Shown here in pieces: positions 18,540 through 29,170 of a DNA stretch of 64,000 bases. Numbering within the stretch: position 1 is the first letter of the stretch; the number at the start of each line of letters is the position of its first letter. The DNA lies in NCBI GenBank assembly GCA_049518415.1, contig JBEKRX010000027.1:4167-68166 (forward strand). Reading direction: 5' to 3'. The stretch comes from Verrucomicrobiota bacterium (GTDB lineage: Bacteria > Verrucomicrobiota > Verrucomicrobiia > Limisphaerales > UBA8199). The notes under the pieces are model-generated. The model made no database searches. It was not told where the DNA came from and was given only the letters and a program-made list of their open reading frames with translations. The translations under genes and the position numbers were made by a program.

Positions 18540-20057
18540 TCAACGTTGCCCGGCGGCGGGTTTTTCAGGCGGGGCGTTGGTGCCGGCGGCGGGGGCCGGG
18601 GCGGTTTCGGCGGGCAGGCCCAGCTTGGTGCGCAGGATGGCGCGGATTTCCGGCGCGGCGCCGTGCTGCGGGTCCAGCACGCGATTGCGGATTTCGCGGT
18701 CGATGTCCTCGAAGGGTGGCAGGCCAACGGCGGGGCGGCGTTCGGCGGGGATCTTGTCCATGTAAGTCTCCCAGATTTTGCGGGCCAGGAGTTTGTAGCC
18801 GGCGGCATGGTCGTCTTCATCGATGGCGAGGCTGCGGTAGGAATTCATGATTTGTCCTTCGATGACGCCCTTGATGCGGTCGCGCGGGGTGCCTTCGACA
18901 TCCTCCTGGATGCGGGAGATGCAGTATTGGTCGAGGGTGACGTTGCGGGGGAACGAATCGGGCTTGCCGTCCAGCATCGTGCCGTCGGGGTATTTCTCGC
19001 CGAGGTATCTGTACCAGGAGGCCGCCTCGGACAGGCGATGGTATTCATAGAGGAAATAGACGGCGTCTTTGAGGAAATTCCGGTGGGCCTTCAGGATGTG
19101 GTCGTGGTTGGCGGCGTCCTCCTGGGCGGCCTGCTCGTAGGCCTGGTTGACCTTGGGAATGATGTCCAGGTTGGGACCGAACTCGAAGGCCTGGCTAAAG
19201 GGATTGGCGGCCAGGCGACCCCGCTGGAAGCTCAATTGCATGGATTGGTAAATCACGCGCCGGAGGGTGATCAAATCATCGGGTTTAATCTTGGTGGGAT
19301 TGCCGGCGGCGGCTTGCAGGCCCTGGGCGGCCCAGTAAATGGCATGGGCCTCGGGGAGACGCCATTCGAGGGGGCCGTAGCGCTGGTCCACTTCTTTCAT
19401 GACGCTGGGGTCCATTTTGTACTTCTCCTTGAGCAGCCGGGCGCGCGCTTTCTGGTCGTCGGTCTGGGGGTTGATCAACTCGTCGGGGTCGGGTTTTCTG
19501 AGTTTGCCGAAGACCTGGGCCATTTGGTTGGCCCACTGCTGCTTGTAGTACATGTGGGCGTCGTCGAGGTTGGCGCCCAGCTTGTGCTGGAAGAACCAGG
19601 CCAGTTCGCGGTAGATGAGGGTTTCGTTTGGGTTATAATGCAGGCCCTCGTCGCGCAACAGTTCGATCCCCCGCTGGACCCACCGCCAGCGGTCGGCGAA
19701 GTCAGTGAACTTGACGGAGATGTTGTAGGCCATGTTCCAGGCCTGCACGAGCCAGACCTGGACGTAATGGGGTTCCAGCTTGGTGATCCAGTCGGCCAGT
19801 TGGGCCATCTCAAAGAACTTGTCCTGGTCCTGGAGGTCCATGGCGCGAATCCAGAGCAGGTTCGAGATGAGCCCGCGGAAACCCCCCAGGGCAACGGTCG
19901 TGAAGGCGAGGACCGGCGGGGCGTTTTCCAGCGGTTCCACCCGGGTCAGGCCGAGCTGGTCGCGGTCGCGGTTCAAGGAGCCCTGGAGGAAAAACACCCC
20001 CACCAGCAGCAGCAGCGCCAGCAATAGGAGCAGGGCCTTTTTAAGCCGGCTGCTCAT
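18540..20057 (-). CDS. Membrane-anchored hypothetical protein
   Basis: 505 aa with an N-terminal TM segment (LLLLLALLLLVGVFFL). Its start overlaps the permease stop by 4 nt (ATGA). I recognise no family. Confidence 0.7.
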   Translation of the reverse strand: MSSRLKKALLLLLALLLLVGVFFLQGSLNRDRDQLGLTRVEPLENAPPVLAFTTVALGGFRGLISNLLWIRAMDLQDQDKFFEMAQLADWITKLEPHYVQVWLVQAWNMAYNISVKFTDFADRWRWVQRGIELLRDEGLHYNPNETLIYRELAWFFQHKLGANLDDAHMYYKQQWANQMAQVFGKLRKPDPDELINPQTDDQKARARLLKEKYKMDPSVMKEVDQRYGPLEWRLPEAHAIYWAAQGLQAAAGNPTKIKPDDLITLRRVIYQSMQLSFQRGRLAANPFSQAFEFGPNLDIIPKVNQAYEQAAQEDAANHDHILKAHRNFLKDAVYFLYEYHRLSEAASWYRYLGEKYPDGTMLDGKPDSFPRNVTLDQYCISRIQEDVEGTPRDRIKGVIEGQIMNSYRSLAIDEDDHAAGYKLLARKIWETYMDKIPAERRPAVGLPPFEDIDREIRNRVLDPQHGAAPEIRAILRTKLGLPAETAPAPAAGTNAPPEKPAAGQR

Positions 20058-21457
20058 CCTTGCGTTCCTTGGGCGGTGGCCAGCTCGCGCCGGGTAAAGA
20101 CGACCATGCCAACCAGGCCAAGGCCGCCGGCCATCAGGAGCACGATTTGGCTGAAGGCCAGGCCAAGCTGCGTCCAGGTCACGCTGCGCCCGGTGCTCAG
20201 GGAATCGATGGGCGAAAACTCCTCGGCCAGGTGGATGACCTTCAGGGCGGCGCGAAAGGTGGGGATGACGACTAGGTCCAGGGGGGAGGAGCCTTTGGTG
20301 CCATGTTCGGCGTCATAATTGGCGACGGTGCCTTCCTCGACGGCCCCGGCCATGGTGCCGCTGGACAGCGTCATGGTCAGCAGGCCCAGCGAAAAAAAGG
20401 CGGCCACCGGAAAAGAAAGAAAGCTCGCCGAGGCCAGGCCGAGCGCGGCCAGCAGCGCCATCCAGCAGAGAATAATCCCCAGTCCGCGCACGAAACTCAG
20501 CCCGAAGCTCCCTTCGCGATAGAGCACCTCCACGCCGTCCTCGAGGGGGAAGAGCAGCGCAGTGTCATTGGGATTGCCAAAGCTGATGGTGAGCACGCCG
20601 TTCTCGTCAAAGAGGTCCGGGGGAATTTCGAACTCATGGAAAGTGTCTGCGGACAGGCTCAGGAGGTCGCTTTGCCAGAGCCGGGTCTTTCGCGGCACGC
20701 CTACCTGGAAGACGCCCTCGTAAGTGCCGCTCGGGCTCTTATCGGCGGCGTTGAACTTGACGCGGAGAAACAGCGGTTGGCCGCGCAGGCGATGCCGCGC
20801 CAAACCCAAATTGATCTCCCAGGGGCGCGACTGGTAGCCTGGCAGGACCAGTTGGTAGGCGGCCTTGACCTGCTCGCGGATTTGCTTTCGCGCGGCGGCG
20901 CGGTCGGCTCTGCCGAGCGTGTTTTTCTCAACCTTCTCCAGCCGCTCCCGGAGCAACTGGTCGCTCCGCGCATCGATGTCGGCGTCGAAGCTCCTTTCCC
21001 TGGCCGAGCCGCGCGCCACCAGGACCTCCTGGCGCAGGAGTTGCCGCTGGTCCGGGGGCAACTGGCGGGCGCGCCATTGCAGCAGGCCGTAGAGACAGCC
21101 GCCCGCCAAGGCCAGCAGGACGGCATCCAGCGACACGATGCCCAGCCATTTGCCCAGCCAGATTTGCCAGCGGGCGATGGGCTTTACCGCCAGCATCTGG
21201 ACCTGGCATTCCTCGATGTCGCGCGCCAGCGTGCCGCAGGCCAGCCACAGGGTCGAGAGCCCCAGCAAAGCGGTGATGGTCGTCAGCGTGTAGGTCAGCA
21301 GGATCTGCGCGAAGCCGCGCGCCGTGCCATCGTCCTTGTTGATCAACAACGGCAACCCGACCACCGAGCCCAGCAACAACACCGCCACGACCAGGAAAAG
21401 CCGGAACCGAAAGGCGGCTTTCCACGTCAGCCAGGCGATGGCGTAAACGCGCTGCAT
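20054..21457 (-). CDS. ABC-2-type transporter permease-like membrane protein
   Basis: Start at MQRVYAIAWLTWKAAFRFRLFLVVAVLLL. Multiple TM segments flank a large extracytoplasmic loop. It lies downstream of an ABC ATPase. Confidence 0.7.
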   Translation of the reverse strand: MQRVYAIAWLTWKAAFRFRLFLVVAVLLLGSVVGLPLLINKDDGTARGFAQILLTYTLTTITALLGLSTLWLACGTLARDIEECQVQMLAVKPIARWQIWLGKWLGIVSLDAVLLALAGGCLYGLLQWRARQLPPDQRQLLRQEVLVARGSARERSFDADIDARSDQLLRERLEKVEKNTLGRADRAAARKQIREQVKAAYQLVLPGYQSRPWEINLGLARHRLRGQPLFLRVKFNAADKSPSGTYEGVFQVGVPRKTRLWQSDLLSLSADTFHEFEIPPDLFDENGVLTISFGNPNDTALLFPLEDGVEVLYREGSFGLSFVRGLGIILCWMALLAALGLASASFLSFPVAAFFSLGLLTMTLSSGTMAGAVEEGTVANYDAEHGTKGSSPLDLVVIPTFRAALKVIHLAEEFSPIDSLSTGRSVTWTQLGLAFSQIVLLMAGGLGLVGMVVFTRRELATAQGTQG

Positions 21458-21634
21458 TTCAGGCCAAGTCCCCAATTTGCCCCCGCTGTCGGCTTTGGGC
21501 AGCCGCTGGCAGAATCCGCGCGCCGCGCGCGGCGCCGGCAGCGGGTGAGGGGAAACCCGGGGTGCAATCATCCTGCGGGCGCCACTTGTGCAAGTGCCCC
21601 TGGGATTTAGTATGAACTCTGCACGGAAGCGGCG

Positions 21635-22843
21635 TCATGGCTTGGGGTTTGCTAACAACGACGCCAGTTTCTCGTCGGCCTGCTCGAGTTCGGTCGCCCT
21701 GTCCGGCCCGGGGGCGGGCGCCGGGGCGGGCGCCGCCGGCGCGGGGGCCTTGGTCAGGGCCTCGAGCTTTGCCTGGTCCACAGTGGGCGCCGGCGCCGGC
21801 GCCGGGGGCGGCGGGGCCGCGGCCGGGGACAAAGTGAGCCGCTCGAGGAACCTGTCGGCCGCGGGCTGGGCCTCGGCCTCGCCGCGCAGGTAGGCCGCCA
21901 CCCGCGCCCCGGACACCGCCCCGGAAGTCTCGGCGGCGGCCTGCCGGGCGTTTTTGACCACCTCCAGGAAATAGTGCTCCAGGTTTTGCGTGGGGGTGTC
22001 GATCCGGACTTTGTCCTCGGCGACGTCCTGACGGATGATGGCCAGCACGCGCTCGAGGGTTTCACGCGGGAGCACGGGGGTGGTGATGCGGAGGGTGTCG
22101 GGCTTGGCCAGCAACTCATGCAAGCTGCCCATCGCGTGAATGCGGCCGCCGTAATAAATCACCACGCGATCGCAGACGTTCTCGACATCGGCCAGCAAAT
22201 GGCTGCTGAGGATGACGGTCTTGCCGCGCCGGGCCAGGGCCAGGATGAGGTCCTTCACCTCGCGGCAGCCGATCGGGTCCAGGCCGGACGTCGGCTCGTC
22301 CAGGATGACCAGGTCGGGGTCGTTGATCAGGGCCTGGGCCAGGCCGACCCGGCGCTGCATGCCCTTGGAAAACTCCCCGACGGCGCGCCTTTGAACCTGC
22401 CGGAGGCCGACCATCTCGAGCAATTGCTCGGCGCGGCTGGCGCGCTCGCGCCTGGGCAATTCGAAGAGGTTGCCGAAGAAGTTCAGCGTCTCGCGCGAGT
22501 CCAGGTAGCGATAAAGATAGGATTCCTCCGGCGAGTAACCAATGCGGGCCTTGGTGGCCACGTGGCGGGGCGAATGCCCGAAGACCTGGATGTGGCCCTT
22601 GGTGGGATAAAGCAGGCCGAGAATCAATTTGACCGTCGTGGTCTTGCCCGAGCCGTTAGGCCCGAGCAGGCCGAAGACCTCGCCGCGCCGAACCTCGAAA
22701 TCCACCCGGTCCACCGCCCGCGCCTTGGGCCGGCCCCAAAAATCCTTGAAGACTTTGGTCAGGCCGCGAACGGAAACGACCGTCTCGCCGTCCGACTGCG
22801 GCGTGCGGGGTGCCGAGTGAGGAGTGGGGAGATCAGCGGTCAT
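21635..22843 (-). CDS. ABC transporter ATP-binding protein with an Ala/Pro-rich C-terminal tail
   Basis: Walker A GPNGSGKTT, signature-like FSKGMQRR and Walker B ILDEPTSGLD are present. Start chosen at MTADLPTP. Confidence 0.85.
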   Translation of the reverse strand: MTADLPTPHSAPRTPQSDGETVVSVRGLTKVFKDFWGRPKARAVDRVDFEVRRGEVFGLLGPNGSGKTTTVKLILGLLYPTKGHIQVFGHSPRHVATKARIGYSPEESYLYRYLDSRETLNFFGNLFELPRRERASRAEQLLEMVGLRQVQRRAVGEFSKGMQRRVGLAQALINDPDLVILDEPTSGLDPIGCREVKDLILALARRGKTVILSSHLLADVENVCDRVVIYYGGRIHAMGSLHELLAKPDTLRITTPVLPRETLERVLAIIRQDVAEDKVRIDTPTQNLEHYFLEVVKNARQAAAETSGAVSGARVAAYLRGEAEAQPAADRFLERLTLSPAAAPPPPAPAPAPTVDQAKLEALTKAPAPAAPAPAPAPGPDRATELEQADEKLASLLANPKP

Positions 22844-23140
22844 GGCAGGAGTTAGACAGCGCGGCAGAAGCATTCGGACAAAGCCACAATAGCCGATAGC
22901 TAATCGCAAATAGCCAATGAACGGGGCGTCTCCGCTTACTTATGAACTTTGGTCTAATCATGTTGCGCGGCGGCTTTTCGATGCATGGCGGCCAGTCGGG
23001 CCTTGTTCGGTTGTCCCTTAGGCTCGGCCGCGCTCATTCGGCCAAGCGACGGAACAAATCAGCGTGTGGGCGCAAGACTTTCTGGGCCGACCTTTCAAAG
23101 CCCGCATCGACCGCGTAACGCACTTCGGCATAGGCGGGGA

Positions 23141-25162
23141 TCACACTCCGTTGGCCGCCAACTCCAGGCGCGGCCCCGGCGGAGCAGGCTGGGTCGGCTT
23201 GGGAGCGGCCGGCGCTGGCTGGTAATGTTCGAGTTCCTCGCCCTTGCGGACGAGGCGGGCGCTGTTGAACACGACGATGAGGGAGCCGCCGGTGTGCATG
23301 GCGGCGGCCATCACGGGCGGGACCTGCCCAGCGGCGGCCAGGGTCATGCCGCCGATGATAAAGGCGACCCCGAAGAGGAAATTCTGGTTGATGACCGAGC
23401 GGGTGCTGCGGGAGAGCTTGATCAGGAACGGCAGGCGGCGCAGGTCGTTGTTCATCAGGGCAATGGTCGCGCTGTGAATGGCCACCTCGCTGCCGGCCGC
23501 GCCCATGGCAATGCCGATGTCGCCTGCCGCCAGCGCGGGGGCGTCGTTGACGCCATCGCCGACCACGGCCACCTGGTAACCCTTGGCCTTGACGGCGCGC
23601 ACGAACTCCACCTTGTTCTGCGGCAGGCACTCGCCTTTGACTTCCTCGCAGCCGATTTCCTGCGCCACCCGGAGGGCCACCGGCTGGCGGTCGCCGGAGA
23701 TCATCGCCACCCGGCGCACGCCGCTCTTTTTCAACTCCGCCAGCGACTCGCGGGCCTCGGCGCGGGTTTGGTCCTGCAACCCCACCCAACCGACGCACCG
23801 GCCGTCGCGGGCCACGAAGATGAGGCTCCAGCCCTCCGTCTCGTTGAGGTCCACCGACTGCATGAGGTCTTCGGTGACCTCATTGTCGCGCAGCCACTGG
23901 GCGCGCCCCACGAGGATGGTGGCGCCGTTGACCTGGGCCCTGACGCCGCGCCCGGCCGCCTCGAAGAAATCCAGGGGCTCGACCAGGGGCACCCCGGCCT
24001 GGACGGCGAGCTGGGCCAGGGCCTTGGCCGTCGGGTGATTGCTGTATTGCTCGGCCGAGGCGGCCAGGCGGAGCAACTCGGCGGGCCTGGTCTGGCCCAG
24101 CGGGGCGAGCCGGCTGACGGCCAGTTCGCCCGTCGTCAGCGTGCCGGTCTTATCGAAGACGAAGGCGTTGATTTTGGCGGCCAGCTCGATGTCGGCCACG
24201 TTCTTGATGAGGATGCCCAGGCGGGCGGCGGCGGACAGCGCGGCGACCATGGCCGTGGGCGTGGCCAGGATGAAGGCGCACGGACAACTGAAAATGAGGA
24301 CCGAGATCACGTTACTGAGGTTCCGGGTGAAGGCCCACACCAGGGCCGCGATGACCAGGACCAGCGGGGTGTAGAAGCCCATGTATTGGTCGACGATCTT
24401 CATGATCGGCAGCCTGGTCTTCTCGGCCGCCAGGATCAACTCGCGCACCCGGCCCAGCGTGGTGTCGGTGCCCGCGCGCGTGACTTTGATTTCCAGCACC
24501 CCGGTCAGGTTCTGGGTGCCGGCGAAGACTTCGTCGCCCGGCTTCTTGTCCGCCGGCAGCGATTCCCCGGTGATGGTCGCCTGGTTGAAAGAGCCCTGAC
24601 CGGTGAGGATCAGGCCGTCGGCGGCGACGTTGTCGCCGGGCCGCACGCGGATGACATCGCCCACGGCCAACTCCTGCGCCGCGACCTCTTCCTCGCCCCC
24701 CGGGGTGAGGCGGCGGGCTTTAGTGGGCGTGAGCCGGATGAGGGATTCAATCGAGGCGCGGGCGCCTTCGGCCGTGCGGGTTTCGATGATTTCGCCCATT
24801 AACATGAAGAAGGCGACCACGCCGGCGGTCTTGTAATCGGTCGAGGCAAAGGCGGCCAGGACGGCGATGGCCACCAGTTCATTGATGCTGAGCGTGCCGC
24901 GGTAGAGGTCTTTGACGGCCGTCCAGACAATGGGGTAGCCGAGGATGAGGGCGCCCACGAAGGCGCTGGCGCTGGCGACGGTTTGGCCCTTGTCAAACGC
25001 CCAATCCACGATAAACGCGTTCAGGACGCAGACGACCCCAAAGAGGGTCTGCCACAGGCGGACCGGGGCGTGTTCGTGTTCGGAGTCGGGGCCGCACGCG
25101 GGGCAGGCAGCGTCAGGCGCCTGCGGGTGGCGACGCCTGCTTAAAAGAGAGGTGACTTGCAT
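23141..25162 (-). CDS. Heavy-metal translocating P1B-type ATPase
   Basis: TGES, a transmembrane CPC (FSCPCAFILATP), DKTGTLT and GDGVNDAPAL are present. The N-terminus is His-rich (SEHEHAP) with no obvious HMA domain. Confidence 0.9.
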   Translation of the reverse strand: MQVTSLLSRRRHPQAPDAACPACGPDSEHEHAPVRLWQTLFGVVCVLNAFIVDWAFDKGQTVASASAFVGALILGYPIVWTAVKDLYRGTLSINELVAIAVLAAFASTDYKTAGVVAFFMLMGEIIETRTAEGARASIESLIRLTPTKARRLTPGGEEEVAAQELAVGDVIRVRPGDNVAADGLILTGQGSFNQATITGESLPADKKPGDEVFAGTQNLTGVLEIKVTRAGTDTTLGRVRELILAAEKTRLPIMKIVDQYMGFYTPLVLVIAALVWAFTRNLSNVISVLIFSCPCAFILATPTAMVAALSAAARLGILIKNVADIELAAKINAFVFDKTGTLTTGELAVSRLAPLGQTRPAELLRLAASAEQYSNHPTAKALAQLAVQAGVPLVEPLDFFEAAGRGVRAQVNGATILVGRAQWLRDNEVTEDLMQSVDLNETEGWSLIFVARDGRCVGWVGLQDQTRAEARESLAELKKSGVRRVAMISGDRQPVALRVAQEIGCEEVKGECLPQNKVEFVRAVKAKGYQVAVVGDGVNDAPALAAGDIGIAMGAAGSEVAIHSATIALMNNDLRRLPFLIKLSRSTRSVINQNFLFGVAFIIGGMTLAAAGQVPPVMAAAMHTGGSLIVVFNSARLVRKGEELEHYQPAPAAPKPTQPAPPGPRLELAANGV

Positions 25163-25168
25163 ATTAAA

Positions 25169-26269
25169 TCATGGTTTGGTCGCCTCGGCCTTGGGTTTGG
25201 CGGGTTCACGATTCAACATGAGCCGCAGTTCCTTGGGTTGGCCCTCGGCGCTTTCAGTGAGGAAGAGCTTGTCCTGGACATTGGTCAGGGCGCGGCCGAG
25301 GGCCTCGGCGAGGCGCTGCTGGACGAAGAGACTGGGATGCTCGTTGTACTTGGGCAGCAACTCCTGGAACTGTTTGGCGCGGCTGGAGATGTCCGCGACG
25401 AACCGGGCGCGCTCGGATTCGGCGAGCTTGACGCGGGAGGTGGCCTCGGCGCTCGCCCGGTTGGTGGTTTGGATTTCATAACCGCGGGCGTCGGTGATCA
25501 GTCTGCTGCGTTTGACGTCGGCATCGAGCACATTCTGGAAGGCCTGCTGCAACTGGCGCGGCGGCTTGCTCTGGACGACGCATTCTTCGACCGCCACGCC
25601 GAGGTTGCGCTGCTCGATCAGCCCGGTGGCGCGTCGCCGCACGGCGTCTTTGAACCCGAACACATCGTGCACCAGGATGTCATCAACCTTGAACCGGGAG
25701 GCCGCGTAGAGCAGGGCGTTATCCAGGGCATTCTGCATGGTGTTGGAGGCATTGACAAAACCGAAGACGTAGCGGACCGGGTCGCTGATGTGGTAGGTCA
25801 AGGTGGCGCGGGTATGGATGATGTTGGCATCGGCCGTGATGGCGCAGCCATCGACCACCGGGTTCATCGGGGTCCCGAACGGGACGCTCGGTTCCGTGCC
25901 GGCCAGTTCCTGTTCGGGCGTCGTGGCGTACCAGCCGACGGTGGACTTGACCTGTTGGAGGCCGGAGATGGAAACGATGACGGCCTCGTCGATGGGATAG
26001 GGAAAGGACCAATGGAGGCCCGGCCCGAGCAGCGCCTGCGGGCCCTGCGCCACCGGCCGGCCAAAGCGCAGAATCAGCGCCTGCTGCTGCGGCCCGACGG
26101 TGAAAAAGCCGGAGGCCAGAAAGACGGCCACCAGGACGACCATCACGAACTTGATGATGACAAAACTGCTGCGCAGGGCCTCGGCCAGGGCCTGCGAACC
26201 GGCATCAACCGGCACCTCCGGCGGCGTGGGCCCAGCCGGCGGCTGGCGGGCAGAAGGCGGAGCGTCCAT
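25169..26269 (-). CDS. SPFH/band-7 domain protein (HflK-like)
   Basis: An N-terminal TM segment is followed by GPQQQALILRFGRP and an SPFH body with a coiled-coil tail. Confidence 0.75.
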   Translation of the reverse strand: MDAPPSARQPPAGPTPPEVPVDAGSQALAEALRSSFVIIKFVMVVLVAVFLASGFFTVGPQQQALILRFGRPVAQGPQALLGPGLHWSFPYPIDEAVIVSISGLQQVKSTVGWYATTPEQELAGTEPSVPFGTPMNPVVDGCAITADANIIHTRATLTYHISDPVRYVFGFVNASNTMQNALDNALLYAASRFKVDDILVHDVFGFKDAVRRRATGLIEQRNLGVAVEECVVQSKPPRQLQQAFQNVLDADVKRSRLITDARGYEIQTTNRASAEATSRVKLAESERARFVADISSRAKQFQELLPKYNEHPSLFVQQRLAEALGRALTNVQDKLFLTESAEGQPKELRLMLNREPAKPKAEATKP

Positions 26270-26271
26270 AA

Positions 26272-27231
26272 CTATTGGTTAGACGCCGGCGGTGAAGGGC
26301 GTGGCCTGGCTGGCCCCGGCGCTTGCTTCAAGAGGTTGGTCGCCACGCCCTGGAGCAGGCCGAAGGGGACCGTGTGCTGGTCGAAAATCAAGGTCGAGCG
26401 TTCCTTGAGCGCGTCTTTGAGCGCGTCGAGCTCGAAGATGAAGTTGGCCAGGTCGGGGTCTTGGTTGAACACGGCCAGCGACTCGGCCGCCTGGGCCTCG
26501 CCCCGGGCCTTGATTTGGGTGGCCTGGCTGTCGGCCTCCGAGAGCAACACGGCAGCTTTGCGGTCGGCCTCGGACCGGATCTTGGCCGCTTCCCCCTCCC
26601 CTTCGGATTGCCATCTGTCGGCCAGCATTTTGCGCTCGGCCTGCATCCGATCGAAGACCGTTTTGCTGACGCTTTCGGGCAGTTGCAGCTTCTTGAGGCC
26701 GAGGAAGGCCACCTCGAGGCCCCAGTTGTTGGTGCTGACCTGGCCCTGAATCGCCGCCAGCATTTCATTTTCAATGGCCACCAGGCCGGCGCCGCTCTCG
26801 GTGGTCGACACGAAATCGGACAGGTCATGTTTGCCGACGATGGCGCTCTTGACGTTGCCCAGGCGCTCCTCGAGTTTGCTTTCCGCCTCGGCAATGGGGT
26901 TGGCGCTGCCGGCAAAAACCGGGAAGAAGGCGGTCGAGTTCGTGATCTTCCATCCCACATAGACCGAGGTCAGGAGGTTGAAGCTGTCGCGCGTCAGCCC
27001 CTCGGTGACGCGGTCTTCGAAATTCTGGATGCGCTGGTCGAACTTATGGACCTTCTGGATCGGCCAAGGCCACTTGAAGTGGGCGCCCGGCTCGGTGATG
27101 GGCCGGGTCGGCTTGCCAAAGGTGGTCACCAGCGCCACTTCCGATTGGCGGACCTGGAAGACGAAGAGCAGCAGGCCGAAGATCAGGAGCAGCAGCAGGC
27201 CCACCAGGAGCGTGAACAGATTGCGTTTCAT
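26272..27231 (-). CDS. SPFH/band-7 domain protein (HflC-like)
   Basis: An N-terminal TM segment is followed by VRQSEVALVTTFGKP...GAHFKWPWPIQKV and a coiled-coil region. Confidence 0.75.
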   Translation of the reverse strand: MKRNLFTLLVGLLLLLIFGLLLFVFQVRQSEVALVTTFGKPTRPITEPGAHFKWPWPIQKVHKFDQRIQNFEDRVTEGLTRDSFNLLTSVYVGWKITNSTAFFPVFAGSANPIAEAESKLEERLGNVKSAIVGKHDLSDFVSTTESGAGLVAIENEMLAAIQGQVSTNNWGLEVAFLGLKKLQLPESVSKTVFDRMQAERKMLADRWQSEGEGEAAKIRSEADRKAAVLLSEADSQATQIKARGEAQAAESLAVFNQDPDLANFIFELDALKDALKERSTLIFDQHTVPFGLLQGVATNLLKQAPGPARPRPSPPASNQ

Positions 27232-27237
27232 GGGAGG

Positions 27238-29139
27238 TTACTTGTTGGTCTTGGGCGCCGGCAGGTTCAGGTTTTCCAGCAGTTCCGGGCGAATCTTGTC
27301 TTCGAGGTCGAAGATAATGACGTCGTGGGTGTTGGTGGTGAGCACAATGTATTTGCGCGCGTTGGCCGTAGCGCGGGTGAAAGTCTGCAGATAAGCCCGC
27401 TTGGCATAGACCGCGGGGGCGGCCTGGAAAGCGGGGATCTGGTTGGTGAACAGGGCCGCCTGGGCCAGCGCGCCGGCTTCGCGGGCTTTGCATTCGGCGC
27501 TGGCTTGGTTGAGGATGTTGGTGGCCTGGGCCGCCGCCAGGGTGTTCGTCCGGATGTCGTCGGCCTGGGCGGCCAGGATCTTGGCCTGTTTGGTCTGGGT
27601 GGCCGCCACGACGTTTTCGTAGGACTCGGCGACTTTGACCGGGGGATGCAGGTCCTGCAAAGCGACGGTCAGGACGCGGGCGCCCAGCCGGTGTTGGTCG
27701 GCCGCCGCCTGGATGCGCTCGGCCAGGGTTTGGGAGGCCTCCAGCCGGCCCGCCGACATCAACTCGTTCATGTCGGCGCTGGCGAAATAGCGGAGGATTT
27801 CACGAGTAGCCAGGTCCTGCAACAGGGCGCTGGCGTCTTCATTGTTATAGACCCAGTCCATCAGGTTGGTAATCTGGAATTCCACCGGCAGGCTGCCGGT
27901 CAGGAAGCTCACGGGCGGGGTGCGTTTGGCGGCTGGCTGGTTGGTGGCCTCGACCAGACCCTGGTCCCGGTTGGCCACCAGGAAGTTCTCTTCCTTGGTG
28001 TTCGCCCGCGTGTGCGCCTTGGTCCAGAGCACGATCGGCTCGCTCTCCTTGGAGGAGTCGGGGGCGACCCCGACTTCGAAGGTCTGGATTTGCTCGGTGC
28101 GGGAGCGGTAAACCTGGTCAATCGGCCAGGGCCATTTCAAGTGCGCGCCCGCCCCGAGCGGGGTGCGGCCTTGGACCGGGTTGCCAAAGCGCTCCAGCAG
28201 GCCCTGTTCGCCGGCATCGATGAACACGACGCAGGTCGAGAGCACCAGCATGCCCGCCTGGAGCAGCAGCAGCCACTTGAGCGCCCGCTCGAAAAACAGC
28301 CGGTAGAACCAGGTTTCTGAGACCTTGAAGCCGAATTGGTAATCGACCGCCTGGGCCGCCGTGGTCACCAAGCCTTCCGGCTGGGCCAGCAGCCCCACCA
28401 GCCGGCTTTCATACAAAGGCCGCTCCAGCTTGCCCTTGACCCGCGGGCGATAGACCTCGAGCACCAGCGCGATGAGGCTCTCCACCGCCACCAGCGCCAG
28501 CAGCCCACAGAGGGCGTGGGCGAGATAAAAGTCCGTCTTGGGGAATTGCCATTCCACGCCGATGATGCCCGCCGCCACCAGGGCGCACAGGAAGGCGTTG
28601 AGCAGCACATAACTGGCGCTGGGCCGGAGCAGGCGGTTGTTCTCCAGCCGCGCGAAGGTGGCCGAGAACCGGCCCAAAAGGAAGAGCACCAGCGCGAACA
28701 GGCCGAACAGCCCCAAAGCAAGCGTCGGGTCCTTCAAGTCCGTCACCGTGGCCGGCCTTCCCAGCCGCCGCCACAACAAATAGCCGCCCCCGGCCTGAAG
28801 CAGGCCCAAAAGGACCGTGAATAGCGGGACGAAGATCCGTTCGAATTGTTCGCGCGAACGCTGCGCCGGGAAGACCTCCGCGTCCCTGGCCTCGAACATG
28901 GCCGAGCCGCCGTGCGTCCGGGCCAGGTCCTCCAGCTCGAGCTTTTCCAGCCGCTCGTTTTCCTCCAGGCGCATTTGGAACCAGCTTACGGCGGCGACCA
29001 GCAGGCCCATGCCCAGGAAGAGCGTGCCGACCTGGCCCGCCAGCGAGTGGCTATGCCGCGCCACGGCAAAGGCCGCCACCCCAACCACCAGCAGCGCCAG
29101 CAGGTTGATTAGACCGTTCTTCTGTGTGCTTCGTTCCAT
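27238..29139 (-). CDS. Polytopic membrane protein fused to an SPFH/band-7 domain
   Basis: 633 aa. About 7-8 N-terminal TM helices are followed by GAGAHLKWPWPIDQVYR and an SPFH body. Confidence 0.75.
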   Translation of the reverse strand: MERSTQKNGLINLLALLVVGVAAFAVARHSHSLAGQVGTLFLGMGLLVAAVSWFQMRLEENERLEKLELEDLARTHGGSAMFEARDAEVFPAQRSREQFERIFVPLFTVLLGLLQAGGGYLLWRRLGRPATVTDLKDPTLALGLFGLFALVLFLLGRFSATFARLENNRLLRPSASYVLLNAFLCALVAAGIIGVEWQFPKTDFYLAHALCGLLALVAVESLIALVLEVYRPRVKGKLERPLYESRLVGLLAQPEGLVTTAAQAVDYQFGFKVSETWFYRLFFERALKWLLLLQAGMLVLSTCVVFIDAGEQGLLERFGNPVQGRTPLGAGAHLKWPWPIDQVYRSRTEQIQTFEVGVAPDSSKESEPIVLWTKAHTRANTKEENFLVANRDQGLVEATNQPAAKRTPPVSFLTGSLPVEFQITNLMDWVYNNEDASALLQDLATREILRYFASADMNELMSAGRLEASQTLAERIQAAADQHRLGARVLTVALQDLHPPVKVAESYENVVAATQTKQAKILAAQADDIRTNTLAAAQATNILNQASAECKAREAGALAQAALFTNQIPAFQAAPAVYAKRAYLQTFTRATANARKYIVLTTNTHDVIIFDLEDKIRPELLENLNLPAPKTNK

Positions 29140-29170
29140 CTATCGCATTTGACTGGTTTAACGCCCATGC